In this document: piece after piece, positions 25,140-37,046 of the stretch
How the letters are laid out: the number at the start of each line of letters is the position of its first letter
Numbering within the stretch: position 1 is the first letter of the stretch
Source: Craspedostauros australis
Lineage: Eukaryota
Reading direction: 5' to 3'
Assembly (NCBI GenBank): GCA_030167865.1
Contig: JALAGF010002905.1
Coordinates: forward strand, 1 to 64,000
Length of the DNA stretch: 64,000 nt
The notes under the pieces: model-generated
Told to the model about the DNA's origin: nothing
Database searches by the model: none
Seen by the model: only the letters and a program-made list of their open reading frames with translations
Translations under genes and position numbers: made by a program

Positions 25140-26450
25140 CTACTCGTATGGAATATCAGGTGCCTTTGCTATTCGCGGACTGTTTCCACCCCGTCTCCCA
25201 TTGCCGTGGTTCTCCAACCTCATGGCGGCAGAGAACGCTGATTTGTCAAAGAATCCTGAAGGTCGTTTCAAGGTCTGACGCACCTCCACCCAGCAATCGC
25301 CATCATTCAATCGATCGTCTTCATTCGCAACCTGCTGCCCGTCCAGAAGCGTGTTCGTGGATTGCAATTCATCGATGGAGCCTGCCAGGAGCGATTCCTG
25401 CGCTTCATGGAACGCGCTGGAGACACCGTGCTTGGAGCAGAGTCGGATATCCAGACCGTACCAATCTCGATGGCCCAGCATCCATTGTCCAGATCCCAAC
25501 CCGCCAAAGCCGATGCGTGATACACGCACATTCGAGTCGTCGTACGACGTTGGTACATTGTTGGCATCACCGGGTGTTTCGTTGCGATGGAATACGAAGG
25601 AAGGTGCGGCGATGGAATGATCCACCGATGCAGATGGGAGAGGACGAGCGCACACGGTGCTGCCATGCCACCTGTAAACGCCTGTGCACGGTCTTGGCAA
25701 GTCGGACGATGACATCTTGGTGAGGACATTGTCACTGCCGCCGCCATTGTAGGTTGCGAAGTCATGGAACGGAATGACAATCTCCTTGAGGGATCCCTCC
25801 GAAAACGCAAGCTCTCCATCAGTGGCACTGTCCTCGATGTGTGGCAGATCCAACAGCGGCATGCCATCCGTGGCGATGTCTGCCAGGATCTCAGCGCTGC
25901 CGATGGGTCTGCCAGAAACGATGTTCTTCATTTTCATCCTCAGAACAGATTTTGCGGACACATGTTCTGACAGTGTCTTTCGGATTGCGCCGATGGTAGC
26001 TGCAGTATCGTTGTTTGGTTGCTGAGATTGTTCATTTCCTCCTTTGGTGGTGCGGTGGGTACTCGCACTCCGGTCATCTGTTAATGACAGCAACGAAAAT
26101 GGCGCAAGGGGTGCCTCCATTGATTGGGACGACGACGATAGTGTTGGTGTTGACGTAGCGGTCGGAGCGGTTGCTGCAAGCCGCCGTCGCTGTGAATCCT
26201 TCTCGATTGACAGAAAATGGAACATGGTGCCCGATTTTGCGCACCTGGAAGCAACCGACTTGCATGAGAATGAAAGGCCAGGAACCCACGACTGGAACAG
26301 CCGATCCAGTTCATCATAATCGCTTGATGCGAGAGTCTGAGGCTCCAGAGACAGCACCGCACGAAGCGCATTCTGAGCTCTCAACGATGCCCCGTACGAT
26401 GGTGATAGCAACGTCACCACTGGCTTCAATGACCTCGCTGTTGATCTCAT
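25140..26450 (-). CDS. Hypothetical protein (436 aa), possible mitochondrial presequence
   Basis: Long single ORF; the first ~35 residues are Arg/Ser/Leu-rich and acid-free. No family recognised. Confidence 0.65.
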   Translation of the reverse strand: MRSTARSLKPVVTLLSPSYGASLRAQNALRAVLSLEPQTLASSDYDELDRLFQSWVPGLSFSCKSVASRCAKSGTMFHFLSIEKDSQRRRLAATAPTATSTPTLSSSSQSMEAPLAPFSLLSLTDDRSASTHRTTKGGNEQSQQPNNDTAATIGAIRKTLSEHVSAKSVLRMKMKNIVSGRPIGSAEILADIATDGMPLLDLPHIEDSATDGELAFSEGSLKEIVIPFHDFATYNGGGSDNVLTKMSSSDLPRPCTGVYRWHGSTVCARPLPSASVDHSIAAPSFVFHRNETPGDANNVPTSYDDSNVRVSRIGFGGLGSGQWMLGHRDWYGLDIRLCSKHGVSSAFHEAQESLLAGSIDELQSTNTLLDGQQVANEDDRLNDGDCWVEVRQTLKRPSGFFDKSAFSAAMRLENHGNGRRGGNSPRIAKAPDIPYE

Positions 26451-26475
26451 GGCGCAGCAGTAGCATGGAACTCGT

Positions 26476-26520
26476 AGTTGATCGGTCGGTCAGTTGATCG
26501 GTCGGTCAGTTGGTCGGTTG
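26476..26520 (+). repeat. 16-bp tandem repeat (AGTTGATCGGTCGGTC x2 plus a partial copy) just upstream of the 26450 start
   Basis: Read directly. Confidence 0.8.
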
Positions 26521-27855
26521 GAAGAGTCTGGCGCAGAGTGTTGGACTCGCCACAAGTGCGTACAGTAGGTGGTTGCTCCTTCTCTCGAATAGATGATTGT
26601 GTCTCTTCTACCACCTACAACTGTGGTGGGCAGTGCACCACACGGTACATCTCCCAAGCATGCTGCCATCGGTGTCGGCACACCCCACCTTTGCATCTTT
26701 TGAGTCATCCGTGAAGAAAAGACAGAACACAAGATGACACGCGCCAAGCAGCATTCATGGAAGCTGCGGTAATAACCATTCAGATCACGAGTATATTTGT
26801 TTCAAGTCGTCCATGAATTCCCACATGAATCACATAAACGTTCAGCTAGCTGTCAACGGCTACACTGTTATAAACATATACAGACATGATATATTGATAT
26901 GTTTTGCACGCCCGGCGACCTAACCGGCGTGAATTTGAATTCATACACAACGACCAGATCATGACAACGAAACGAAGAACAGATGACGACGCGACGCTCA
27001 CGAAAACAAACGGCCAAACATGTCAACAAAGGTGCGACCGCGCGAACATGTTGCGCAGACAAGAAAAGAATCTACCGCGATATTTTCAAAGGCGATCAAT
27101 TCGTCGAGGGAATCAAAAACATCAACATCAACATCGATCGCGGCACACCATCATCTGTATCAGCACAAGCAGAAGTGGGAGCGGCAGCGGCAGAAAGCAC
27201 AACTGTAACAACGACATTCCCAGCACCGGACACACCCAGACCCAAGAGCCTGCATCGGCAACAACGGCAACTGTGAGCAAGGCGTGCCAAGATTTCCTTC
27301 TTCACATCATTCACAAAGGCAACAGGAAACAGGAAACGGGAGCAATCCTACCACTGCGCAACGCCGACCGGGCAACCCCAACCAACAACTAACAACCAAC
27401 AGCGAACAACGAACAACACCTCCACACCTCCACACCTACTCATACCGACATATAAAACATCAACCACAACAAGTTGATGGACCACCAGCACCGACGACAC
27501 ACACAATCCCAACATCACCGGTAGTTCACACCCAGAACAACCAGCCGCAGCCTTCAGAGCAGCGACACCAACAGTAGCACCACCATTTGCTGACCAGGAA
27601 CGCGCGCTCATCGTTTGCGTTGCGTTTCTAACCAAAGGCCTAACCATCAAGGATCGAGAAGTCTCCGTCAGGGGCAGCGGCATCCGCGCTCGACTTAGCG
27701 GTAGCCGTGCCCCGAAGCTTGCCGAGAAGGATACAAACCAGCACTCCTCCTTCTCCAGCAAGGTCCTCAAGTGGACGAAGAAGGTGTCAGGCATCGCGTG
27801 CGGAGGATCGAACACTCTGCGCAACATCGAACCCAGCGACTCTTTCCAAGAAGCC

Positions 27856-29515
27856 ATGGAGCGTCCTCAGCCAGAACGGCCGACCAAGAAGAGCACCATC
27901 GTGGGCAAGCCTTCGCAGACCCACGTGTACCCTCTGCCACAGAACAGGAGTCACGATGCTGCCTACCAGTCAAAGATCACGAAGGTCGAAAGCCGCGACA
28001 GTCGCGACACCCTGGGCACCGCCACCACGGCGTCAGCAACCTCCTACTCCATCGATGAGGCCAATTCAGATGTGTCCGAGGCCGGCATGGAGGTGGTCAT
28101 GTCCTCCAAGGGCGAGAGCATGTCGGTGAGCCCAGCGGAACGCTACACAACCCACTCCTTCCCAGCCGGCAAGCACACCTTCACCATCGACACGCGCTAC
28201 TCGTTGATCCGCACGGTCGGCTCCGGCGCGTACGGTGTCGTCATCTCCGCCCACGACGACAAAGGCACTGAGAATGTGGCCATCAAGATGGTGCCAAGAG
28301 CGTTCAACGATGAGATCGACGCCAAGCGCATCCTCCGCGAAATCAAGCTGCTCAAGCACTTCCACCATGAGAACATCGTGGGCATCTGTGACATGATGCC
28401 ACCCACCTCCAAGTACGTCGAGGACTTTCACGATGTGTACATCGTCTCGGACCTCATGGAGACCGACCTGCATCGCATCATCTACTCCAAGCAGAGCCTG
28501 TCCATCGATCACGTGCAATACTTCATCTACCAGGTGCTGCGTGGCTTGAAGTACATCCATTCGGCGGATGTCATCCACAGAGACCTCAAGCCATCCAACC
28601 TTCTCGTCAACTCCAACTGCGACCTCAAGATCTGCGACTTCGGCCTGGCCCGCGGCATCAACCAAGGATTCAACCAGCAGCCAGGCAGTACCATGCTGCT
28701 GACAGAATACGTCGTCACAAGATGGTACCGTGCTCCTGAGATCATGCTCGCTTGTCACGAATACTCGAAGCCAGTAGACATGTGGAGCGTCGGTTGCATC
28801 TTCGCGGAGCTCATCAAGCGCAAGCCATACTTCCCTGGCGATGACTACATTGATCAGGTAAGTGTTTCGTCGTGTCGCCATTTTCATGCAATGCATTGGG
28901 CGTCCAAATGCTTAAGAGCATGCAGACAGACAAGCACTGTGTTCTGTTATGGAGGCTTGACCCACAGTCCTTCGATCGCTTCCTCTCACCTTGCCGTATC
29001 CACTCTTTTCACAAACTGATGATTGCAACGTATCCTGTATCTACTGCACCACATCACACCACAACGCACCACATCAACACCACCGATGTGAGTAGCTGTC
29101 GATCATCGCTGACAAGCTCGGCAAGCTAGATGAGTCTGAGCTCGATTTCGTGACATCCGACAAGGCACGTCGGTTCATGAAGAGACTCCCGAACAAGAAC
29201 CCAACGCCGCTCAGCGTGCAGTTCCCCAAAACACCCACCAAGGCCCTTGAATTCATGAGAGCCATGCTACAGATCCACCCCAAGAAGAGAATCACGGTGG
29301 AGAAGGCTCTGGCACATCCATTTCTTCATCAGCTGCACAACCCGGACGACGAGCCAGTCGCCGAGGCACCATTCGACTTCACTTTCGAGAAGGAGAAGCT
29401 GAATCGCACACGATTGCAGGAGCTCATCTGGCAGGAGGCCGGCCACTTCCGACCATCGTGCCTGCCCGTTGCACCAAGACGAATGGACCGATCGATGCAG
29501 AGGAAGGACCCGTAG
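27856..29515 (+). CDS. Mitogen-activated protein kinase, TEY type; 2 exons (27856-28857, 29096-29515), at least 473 aa; N-terminus may extend upstream
   Basis: [65 protein letters not shown] and LHNPDDEP (CD domain). Phase-0 GTAAGT..TAG intron. Confidence 0.96.
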
Positions 29516-30747
29516 ACATTTTGCAGAGCACCCGCTGCACAACAAGCGGGGAAAGCATGCAATCTGCTTTCCTGAACAATGCAGAAGCTCCATTTAGTTG
29601 GAACTCCTGCGAGCACAACCAGAACACAACGCTTCAAAGTGGAAGCAGGCACCAGCAGCCCTAGCAGGCAACAGAGGAGCACCCACATCATTTGTGCTGT
29701 GCCTTGGACGCCATGAGATCGTCGCCGATCCGTTCCGTGAGGCGGCTTGTCGCAGATGGGCATTCGTTACGATGACATTAACTTGGATGTCACGCGTACT
29801 GCCAGCATCAGCGCGCCCCAAAACACTTCGAACGAAAGCGACGATTACATACGAGAGGGCATGAATACCCGTACGAGTACGAGTACCGAGTACGGGCACC
29901 GTCCAAATGACAACAACAAAAGCAAGGGCAGCAGCAACATCAACAGTATTTCGAGGATGCCAATACCAATCGTTAACTTTTCGTAGGCATCAGACCAATT
30001 CATGTACTCTATCATTTATTTCTTGTCTTTCAGTGCCCTGGTTTGGTTCCCGTTGTTGATGTCGTGGCATACATTCTGCATAACTCTGCAAGGCGATGGA
30101 CTGAGTCTCTGGAGCACCATGCAAACTCGAGAATTCTTGATTGAAGATCATCTTGCCCCTACCAGTCAGCTCTGACTTGATCGTTGGCATCATCACTCCA
30201 TCATCATCAATATTGTCGCATCACGCCATTCGGACTCGCCATGCAGCACTCACCTTCCAAGAGTCACGAGAGAGGGTATCGAACTTTACCTGCTTCAGCT
30301 CCAATTACATCACGAACATTGAGAATACAATTGTTATGAACCATTCAGAGGTCGGCTGAGATGTTGTAAATCGTGATATACTTGTACATAAATGGCTGGC
30401 TTTGTCTCTCTCTCTCTCTCTCTCTCTCTTTTCGCTTTTCGCTTTTCGTTGTATGTACGAGTTGGCAGCATGTGGATTCATTCCTCCATTCATTGTTACT
30501 CCTGCGAGAGATCCTTTCCTGCGCCACTGGCTTGCCTCTGTCCAACGTTTAACTGTCGTGTGAACCACTCTTATGTTCGATGTAGCCCCCCTCTCAGTCA
30601 ATGCATACCTCGTACATATACGAGACAATACGTGTGCTAGTGCAACCGTGTGTCAATTCCCCATCCCCTTCCCATTCCACCCCGCGCATCGCATAGCATA
30701 GCATAGCATCCCGGAGGTCGGCATCCAATGCCGCCGCCCGGTGATGA

Positions 30748-33700
30748 TTAATGACAGAATGCGTAGCTCCAGCATCCTCGACTGGGTGCGATGGCGGCGT
30801 CGTCGAGCGCTATACTCTCGAGGATGTCATTCGCATCTTCATCCAGCAGGCTTTGTTTCATTGCAACGCCGTCCTTCTCGCTGGCTGCTGCTGTGGTATT
30901 TGTGATAGTGGCAGTGGTGTCCCCAGTGCTCTGTTTCGAGACGTCGAGTTTGCTTGTGACGACAGCATAACGCGTGGCTTGGCCGACTTGACTTGGAGCT
31001 GTGGGGAAGCTGGTGCCGACTATGTTGATGTTGTTGCTGCTTCGGCTGCTGATAGTACTCTTACCAGTACCGGTGCTCTTCGTACCAATACTGTGATTGT
31101 CGCCGCCGGCCTGAGGTTCGTTGTTCTTGGAGGCGGTGGTGCCGCTTGTGTTGCAAGACTCGTCGCTGACAGCTGCTTTCGTCGCGAGTTGACGCATCGC
31201 TGTCTTGTGGATGGCCAGAAGCATTCGCTTCTCATTTTCCGCGTTCCAGCCCATCTTCTCGCGGAATTGACGCTGCTCCTCTTCCGAGGCAAACTCCATC
31301 GACTCTTCGATGGTGATCTTGGCCTTCATTCGCTTCACGATTTCAACAAGCAGCCTCTTTTGCTTTTTCAACAACTTGCGTTGGTGGGCGGACGTAGTAT
31401 CGCTGCCATGCGCAACCCCCGCAGCTCCAATTTTTACTTCTGCATCGGCATTCACAGATTGGGAATGGCCGTCGTTGGTTCTATTGCTCTCGAGCAATGC
31501 GGTAGAGTTGTTGCCCTTGTAGTCGTTTGCCCGTTGCTTCGCTGACTTCGCTTTCGCCTTGGCCTGCCTTCGGTAAGCAGCGCCGAAACGTCTAGACGCT
31601 TTGGCACGCTTCTGTGACGACACTGATCCTATCTTTGATACTTTGGGGGTCTTTGAGGCCACAGTTGCTCCGCTCATCTTCGGCGTGGGCGGCACGCTTC
31701 CATTCTTCGTTTGCCGATTCTTCGGCGACGTCGACGATGCTGACGTTGATGATGATGTGCGGTTGCTTGCATCCAGTGCATTGACGTCGAATGTCGTTTG
31801 CTGCATTGTGTTCGATGTGCGCTTGGGGTCCATGTTCGCGCTGCTGCTCGCGGGATCCTCCGACGCATCTCTGGACCTGGACGACGCCGTTTGGGATGTG
31901 GCGCTGGAATTGTCCGATTTTTTCGTTGTGACGCCAAGGGAATTTGATTGCGATGGCGAACAGTGGCGGGGATGCTCCTCTTCATCTTCGATGATGGCCT
32001 TCCGCCTGCGGAACAATCCGAACAGCCGGCGTCTCGACTGTTTTGTTTTGGGCTTCCGCTGCTGCTGCTTTTTCTTCTTCCTGTTCTTTTTGTTCTTCTT
32101 GCTCACTCGCGCGGCGCCAGTAGTGACTGCATCCGCCTCACCCAGTGCAAGTCTCTGGCGCCGGGCGCCGCGCGGACGTCGTTGCGAAGCTTCACCTTGA
32201 TTTGATGACTGCTGTTGCTGCTTCCGAGTCTGCTGCTGTGTGGCCGTCATCCCGCCTGCGATCACACCCGGTTTGGGCAACCGTGATGGGATAGAGCTGG
32301 AGCTGGAAGCGGCGGATGACGAGTTATGGCTCGTCGTGGTCTTGGCATCTGAGCCCTGCTCACTTTTTCGCTTTGGCGGCACCGGCTTTGGTTGGAGACG
32401 GTAGGTCAGCGCTGTTCGGTCCCTGCGATTCTTCTCCAGGGTTCGTCGCATGATGGAGGCTGCGGCATGTTCACTCTGGCTGCGGATGGAAACGTCATCA
32501 AGCAGTGTGACCTCGAAACCTTGGGTGGCGAACATATCATCCGTTTTCTTTGTTTCCGGTTGCTGAGCGCAGCTCTGGTTGTTGGGCGAGCGCACTGTGC
32601 CGGCATTGACGGTGGTTTCGCTGTCGATGGATGTTGCAGGGACCACGGTCTGCTCCACTTTGATGGACACGGTGTCTTTGCTGATCGTCACGTCCTCTCG
32701 AAGCACCTTGTCATTCTCTGCTTGTGCAACGGAGGATTCTGAGGCTTCTCCGTCCATCATCCCCGAACCGGCTGTGCTGGCATCATCCACGCGCTCCTTC
32801 CGCATCATGTTCCGCCTTGCTGCTTGCCACAGCAAACGTCGCTCCTCCAGAGACATCGTCGCGGCGCTCTTGGGGCTTGTGACGGACAGCTCTGCGTTGT
32901 TGGCCACATCGTAGATCTCGGACAATGCCACAGACCGCTGCTCCTCAGTTGCTATCGTGCTCGTGTCGGTGATGGTGGTGTGGTCATCATCCTTCGGAGA
33001 AAGAGTCTGCCCAGGCGCTCGTGAGGCAATCGACTTCAGAAGGATGCTGGCGTTGATCGACCCGGCTCCATCCTCGATGGTGAACAGGCTGGGATTGTTT
33101 TTCACGAAAGAGATCGTCTCTTCGTCAAGATCCGACCCCGACGAAGCGTAGGATGGTGACGAGCGGTATGAGGATTCGTCATCGGAGTTCGATGATGATG
33201 ATGATGATGATGACGAAGATGATGACGGGGACATCATGCCGAAGTCATCATCATTGAGGTGAGGCTCTCGGTGACCATCGCTGACGAAGTCGTCACACCT
33301 GCGAGTACTGCCATCGAGATCATCATCATCATCATCATCATCGTAACGAGTCTCGTCGTGTGTGTCGTCGTTGGTCACACCTGTCTCGTACGTTCCATAC
33401 GTGCTGTACGTCCCATCGGTGCCGTACGTTCCACGGGTGTCGTACGTTCCAAGGGTGTTATAAGTCCCGTCCGTACCATACGTACTGTAAGTCCCATAGG
33501 TGCCGTACGTGTTGAATGTGTCGTACGTGGCTTCTCCCATGGTATTACTATTGGCAACACCATCAATATCTGACTCAGAATCGTCGCTGTCACTGCTGCG
33601 GCTGCCTGTATCGCTCGGATTGTTGTTGGTACCGCTGTCGCTGCTGCGGCTGCGGCCATTATCGCTGTCATCCCCGCTGCTGCTGCTCTCGCTAGAGTCA

Positions 33701-34113
33701 TAGTTCGTGTTCTCGTTGGAATATCCATCATCGCGTCTTGATCTGAAGAAGTGCCTCCTGCGGCCTCCAAGACGGGGGCTTCGAAAGCGATTACGCTTGT
33801 GCTTGCGACGACCAAACTTTCTTCGTGATCCGCGCGCTGTGCTTGCATCCTCCTCATCGCTTGAGGAGTAGTTGCCATCGTCATCGTCATCGGAGTAGTC
33901 TTCACCGTCATCGTGGCGACGTCGAGATGATGTCTGCTTCCATCGCTGTTTCTCTCGTCGATCATTCACGTCTCTTCTTGCCCTTGGGAGATTCTTTGGC
34001 AGCGAGCTCACCATGGACCTCACGCTCATAGTAGCCCTGCCCGAGTTTGATGCGGAACTCGCATGTCCCTTCGACCTCTTCTTGCGTGATTTGCCTGGAA
34101 GAAGCTTCACCAT
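30748..34113 (-). CDS. Large low-complexity, probably disordered protein (1121 aa) with Arg-rich and Asp/Ser-rich blocks and a T-x-x repeat
   Basis: 3.4-kb uninterrupted ORF from an ATG. No globular family recognised. Confidence 0.75.
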   Translation of the reverse strand: MVKLLPGKSRKKRSKGHASSASNSGRATMSVRSMVSSLPKNLPRARRDVNDRREKQRWKQTSSRRRHDDGEDYSDDDDDGNYSSSDEEDASTARGSRRKFGRRKHKRNRFRSPRLGGRRRHFFRSRRDDGYSNENTNYDSSESSSSGDDSDNGRSRSSDSGTNNNPSDTGSRSSDSDDSESDIDGVANSNTMGEATYDTFNTYGTYGTYSTYGTDGTYNTLGTYDTRGTYGTDGTYSTYGTYETGVTNDDTHDETRYDDDDDDDDLDGSTRRCDDFVSDGHREPHLNDDDFGMMSPSSSSSSSSSSSSNSDDESSYRSSPSYASSGSDLDEETISFVKNNPSLFTIEDGAGSINASILLKSIASRAPGQTLSPKDDDHTTITDTSTIATEEQRSVALSEIYDVANNAELSVTSPKSAATMSLEERRLLWQAARRNMMRKERVDDASTAGSGMMDGEASESSVAQAENDKVLREDVTISKDTVSIKVEQTVVPATSIDSETTVNAGTVRSPNNQSCAQQPETKKTDDMFATQGFEVTLLDDVSIRSQSEHAAASIMRRTLEKNRRDRTALTYRLQPKPVPPKRKSEQGSDAKTTTSHNSSSAASSSSSIPSRLPKPGVIAGGMTATQQQTRKQQQQSSNQGEASQRRPRGARRQRLALGEADAVTTGAARVSKKNKKNRKKKKQQQRKPKTKQSRRRLFGLFRRRKAIIEDEEEHPRHCSPSQSNSLGVTTKKSDNSSATSQTASSRSRDASEDPASSSANMDPKRTSNTMQQTTFDVNALDASNRTSSSTSASSTSPKNRQTKNGSVPPTPKMSGATVASKTPKVSKIGSVSSQKRAKASRRFGAAYRRQAKAKAKSAKQRANDYKGNNSTALLESNRTNDGHSQSVNADAEVKIGAAGVAHGSDTTSAHQRKLLKKQKRLLVEIVKRMKAKITIEESMEFASEEEQRQFREKMGWNAENEKRMLLAIHKTAMRQLATKAAVSDESCNTSGTTASKNNEPQAGGDNHSIGTKSTGTGKSTISSRSSNNINIVGTSFPTAPSQVGQATRYAVVTSKLDVSKQSTGDTTATITNTTAAASEKDGVAMKQSLLDEDANDILESIALDDAAIAPSRGCWSYAFCH

Positions 34114-35331
34114 CTTGCGTCCTTCGTTTCGGTGATGACGGAGGTCCTGGCGTTGTGAATCTTCTGAAGCACGCCGGAGGAGTATGCTCGGGGGGTACCT
34201 CGTCTGCGTCTCAGGATGACTTCGATTGATGCAGCTGCTGTTGTGTTCGTGGGTCCTCAGTCCTCAACCGACTATTCTCGTGTCGATGAGGCTTGCTCTG
34301 CTCTGCGGTCAAGATGATGATGATGATGATTACAATGGAGTTCATTCAATTCTTGTCCGTGCTGGCGAAGAGATGGCGATGTCACCTTCGATGAAGATGT
34401 CGATGTCGCTGTCGACGCTCTCAGTGATGGTACTGCTGTTGCTTTGAAGGATGGTCGTGCCTCGGTTGCAGCTGGCGCGATTGATGCATGTGATACATTT
34501 GATGCAGGTGGTGAGAGACGCAGCACATAGCATACCAGGCGTAGGGTTGTTGATGATGCTGCTCTTGTTGTTGTTGCTTTGTTGTTGCCGAACAGATGCT
34601 TCCGCTTGCTCTTCTTGAGCAGAATCGACGATCAATCGCCGAGCCAGCGAAACGATTCTGGCAACGGTTCTTTGTTGACGCGCGTTCGAAAATGGAGGTT
34701 TTGGCGATTCAAACAGTGGCAATTGCTGATCGCCAGGCTCGTCTCGCCGGGTAGTGAGACACGGATACGACATCGGTCTCGAACACAAAGAAGAAACGGT
34801 CACAATTCGTGTGTTGTCTGTCTGTTTTGTGCTGCACCCGAAATGGTTGGATGTCTGTGTGTGATTGTGGTCTGTCGTTCGTGCACACAGAGGTCTCAAC
34901 CCGGATTGCGCTGGGTTCACGAACGTGACTGACATGTCTTTTCAGCGTTACTTTGCAAAAAACTCCTCAACAAGGACGCCAATAACTGTCACAATCATGT
35001 AAACTTGTGTCGGAAGAAGGAAAAGGAAGCGATGCGAACCTTGTTTTTGCCTCCTTTTCTTCGCGCTATCGTATTTTCTACCCGAAAACAAATGAAAAGC
35101 GAAATTGTGACGACACGACACGATGCAACTCAACGGAATGCAACGAATGAACGACCACACAACCAATCCAGAAGCACGGTCGCAACTCCACACTGGCTCC
35201 ACCGTTGATTGCATTCCTCCTGCTCTTGTCGATACTTTCCCATACATGCACGCTGAAGATCAATTGCTCCACCAACATCCACGGAGTCAACGGGAAGGAA
35301 AGGAAAAGAGGAGATAAGTAGAGGAGACAGC

Positions 35332-36471
35332 ATGGCATCGACATCGGTGGTCCGGATGGGGCCGTTCCATGACAACGTCAGCGCCAAAGTGCTGCAGGCG
35401 GCGGTCGTGTCGCATTTCCAGAACCTCAATCCAGCCGCGTCCTCGCCTCAGGAAGGGAACGGCGATGCTGCTGATGAAGTTGCTGGCGACAACTCTGCAG
35501 AAACCATCGATGCCACGATCACCATCAGCAACAAGTACTTCGATGCAAAGATTCTGTTCCACGGACTGCAGGAGGAGCTGAACGAGGACATCCGACCAAA
35601 GTCGACGGAGGATGGCATGATCCTGTGCTTCCCCGCGCTGGAGAGCAACCCTGACATGGGAGCCGTCAGCAACGTCACCTTCGATTCGTTGGACGCGGTG
35701 CACCAAAAGGCCAGCGCTCTGAACACGTGCGGCGAGACGCTGCGGCTGTGCGTCGGCGTGAGCTTTGACGACTTGTCGCCATCCGAAATTCGTGGCAAGG
35801 ACCACGAGGGAGAGTACTCGCGGCGCATCATGTGGTGCCTGGATCATGGATACGAATACGTCGAGGCCAACCTCTCGGCGGAAGGTCAGGCGAAAGGTCA
35901 TGACGATCGAGACAAGGAGGGGTTCGCCCGCATCATCGAAGCCATTCAGGGGACGGTGTGGGCGAGCGCCGTGATGCGGAAAACGAGAAAAGCCTCCACA
36001 ATGCATGCAAGCACGACAACAGCTGCGCCGTCTGGTGAGAACACCGCCCAATCCAACCAAGATCAGCATCACCAACAGCAGCAGCAAGAGAAAAATCAAG
36101 GACAAGGGCAGCAGGCAGAAGAGAAGGAGGAGAAGAAAACGGCCAAGTCGGAAGAGGCAAGCAGCCAAGCCGATGCTAAGATGGTGGCCCCACCTACCGT
36201 GAAGCAATCATTCAACGAATCGAAGACAGAGGGCGAGGACGAGGACGAGGACTCGGAAAAGCTTTTCGACCAGATGGACAGACTTCTGCAGGAGGCGTCG
36301 CAGATCCGGGATGCATCTCGCGCTGGCGCAATCTCCGACGACGAACGACGAGAACGTGCCGGTGATGCGGCAATGTCGCTCATGAACTTGATGAATCAGC
36401 TTGGAATGGACGATGATGACGATGCAGACGTATCCGATTCGGATGATGACAACTCTTTGCAGGGCAGTTGA
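35332..36471 (+). CDS. AAGAB: Alpha/gamma-adaptin-binding protein p34-like (AAGAB/Irc6 family)
   Basis: ISNKYFDAKI, WCLDHGYEYVE, EGFARIIEAIQGTVW and C-terminal SDDERRERA match the family pattern as I know it. Confidence 0.8.
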   Translation: MASTSVVRMGPFHDNVSAKVLQAAVVSHFQNLNPAASSPQEGNGDAADEVAGDNSAETIDATITISNKYFDAKILFHGLQEELNEDIRPKSTEDGMILCFPALESNPDMGAVSNVTFDSLDAVHQKASALNTCGETLRLCVGVSFDDLSPSEIRGKDHEGEYSRRIMWCLDHGYEYVEANLSAEGQAKGHDDRDKEGFARIIEAIQGTVWASAVMRKTRKASTMHASTTTAAPSGENTAQSNQDQHHQQQQQEKNQGQGQQAEEKEEKKTAKSEEASSQADAKMVAPPTVKQSFNESKTEGEDEDEDSEKLFDQMDRLLQEASQIRDASRAGAISDDERRERAGDAAMSLMNLMNQLGMDDDDDADVSDSDDDNSLQGS

Positions 36472-37046
36472 AATCGGTGCGCTGTTGTGCCATGAGGCCA
36501 CGATGTCACAATGTCACGATGCCATTCAGAACGAAACCAAGACGAATCAAGCTGAATGGGAACATGCAGAGTTACTGAGCATTCCAAGAGCTGTTCATAC
36601 GAATCTAGAGTATTTCAGTTGCCGTGCTCAACATGGAATACATTTTAGAATGTATTGGTGCATGGACTCAGATGACATCGATCTGTGGTGATATTCAACG
36701 ACCAGGAGCGTGCGTTCAACAAGCCACTATTCTGTGCACTCCACACCTCGATCGTTTGTCAACCATGTTTCGAAAGGGTTCGATGTCTGGGCGTGTTTCG
36801 GAGCCATTCGTGACTCGTTGACCTCCAACCACAAGAAAATGAGGAACGAACATTGCGCTGCCATCGTCGCCTTTTTCGACATCTTTCTTACAGAATACGC
36901 GTGCCGATAGGCCACCACACGTTTCATACCCTGAGAGGTTGGGGAGCATAACACATTAGTCACATACTGTCACATACTATCACATCCACCCACTCACGCA
37001 CGCGCTCACGCACGCACTCACGCATATCGACAGAAGGCAAGAGAGA

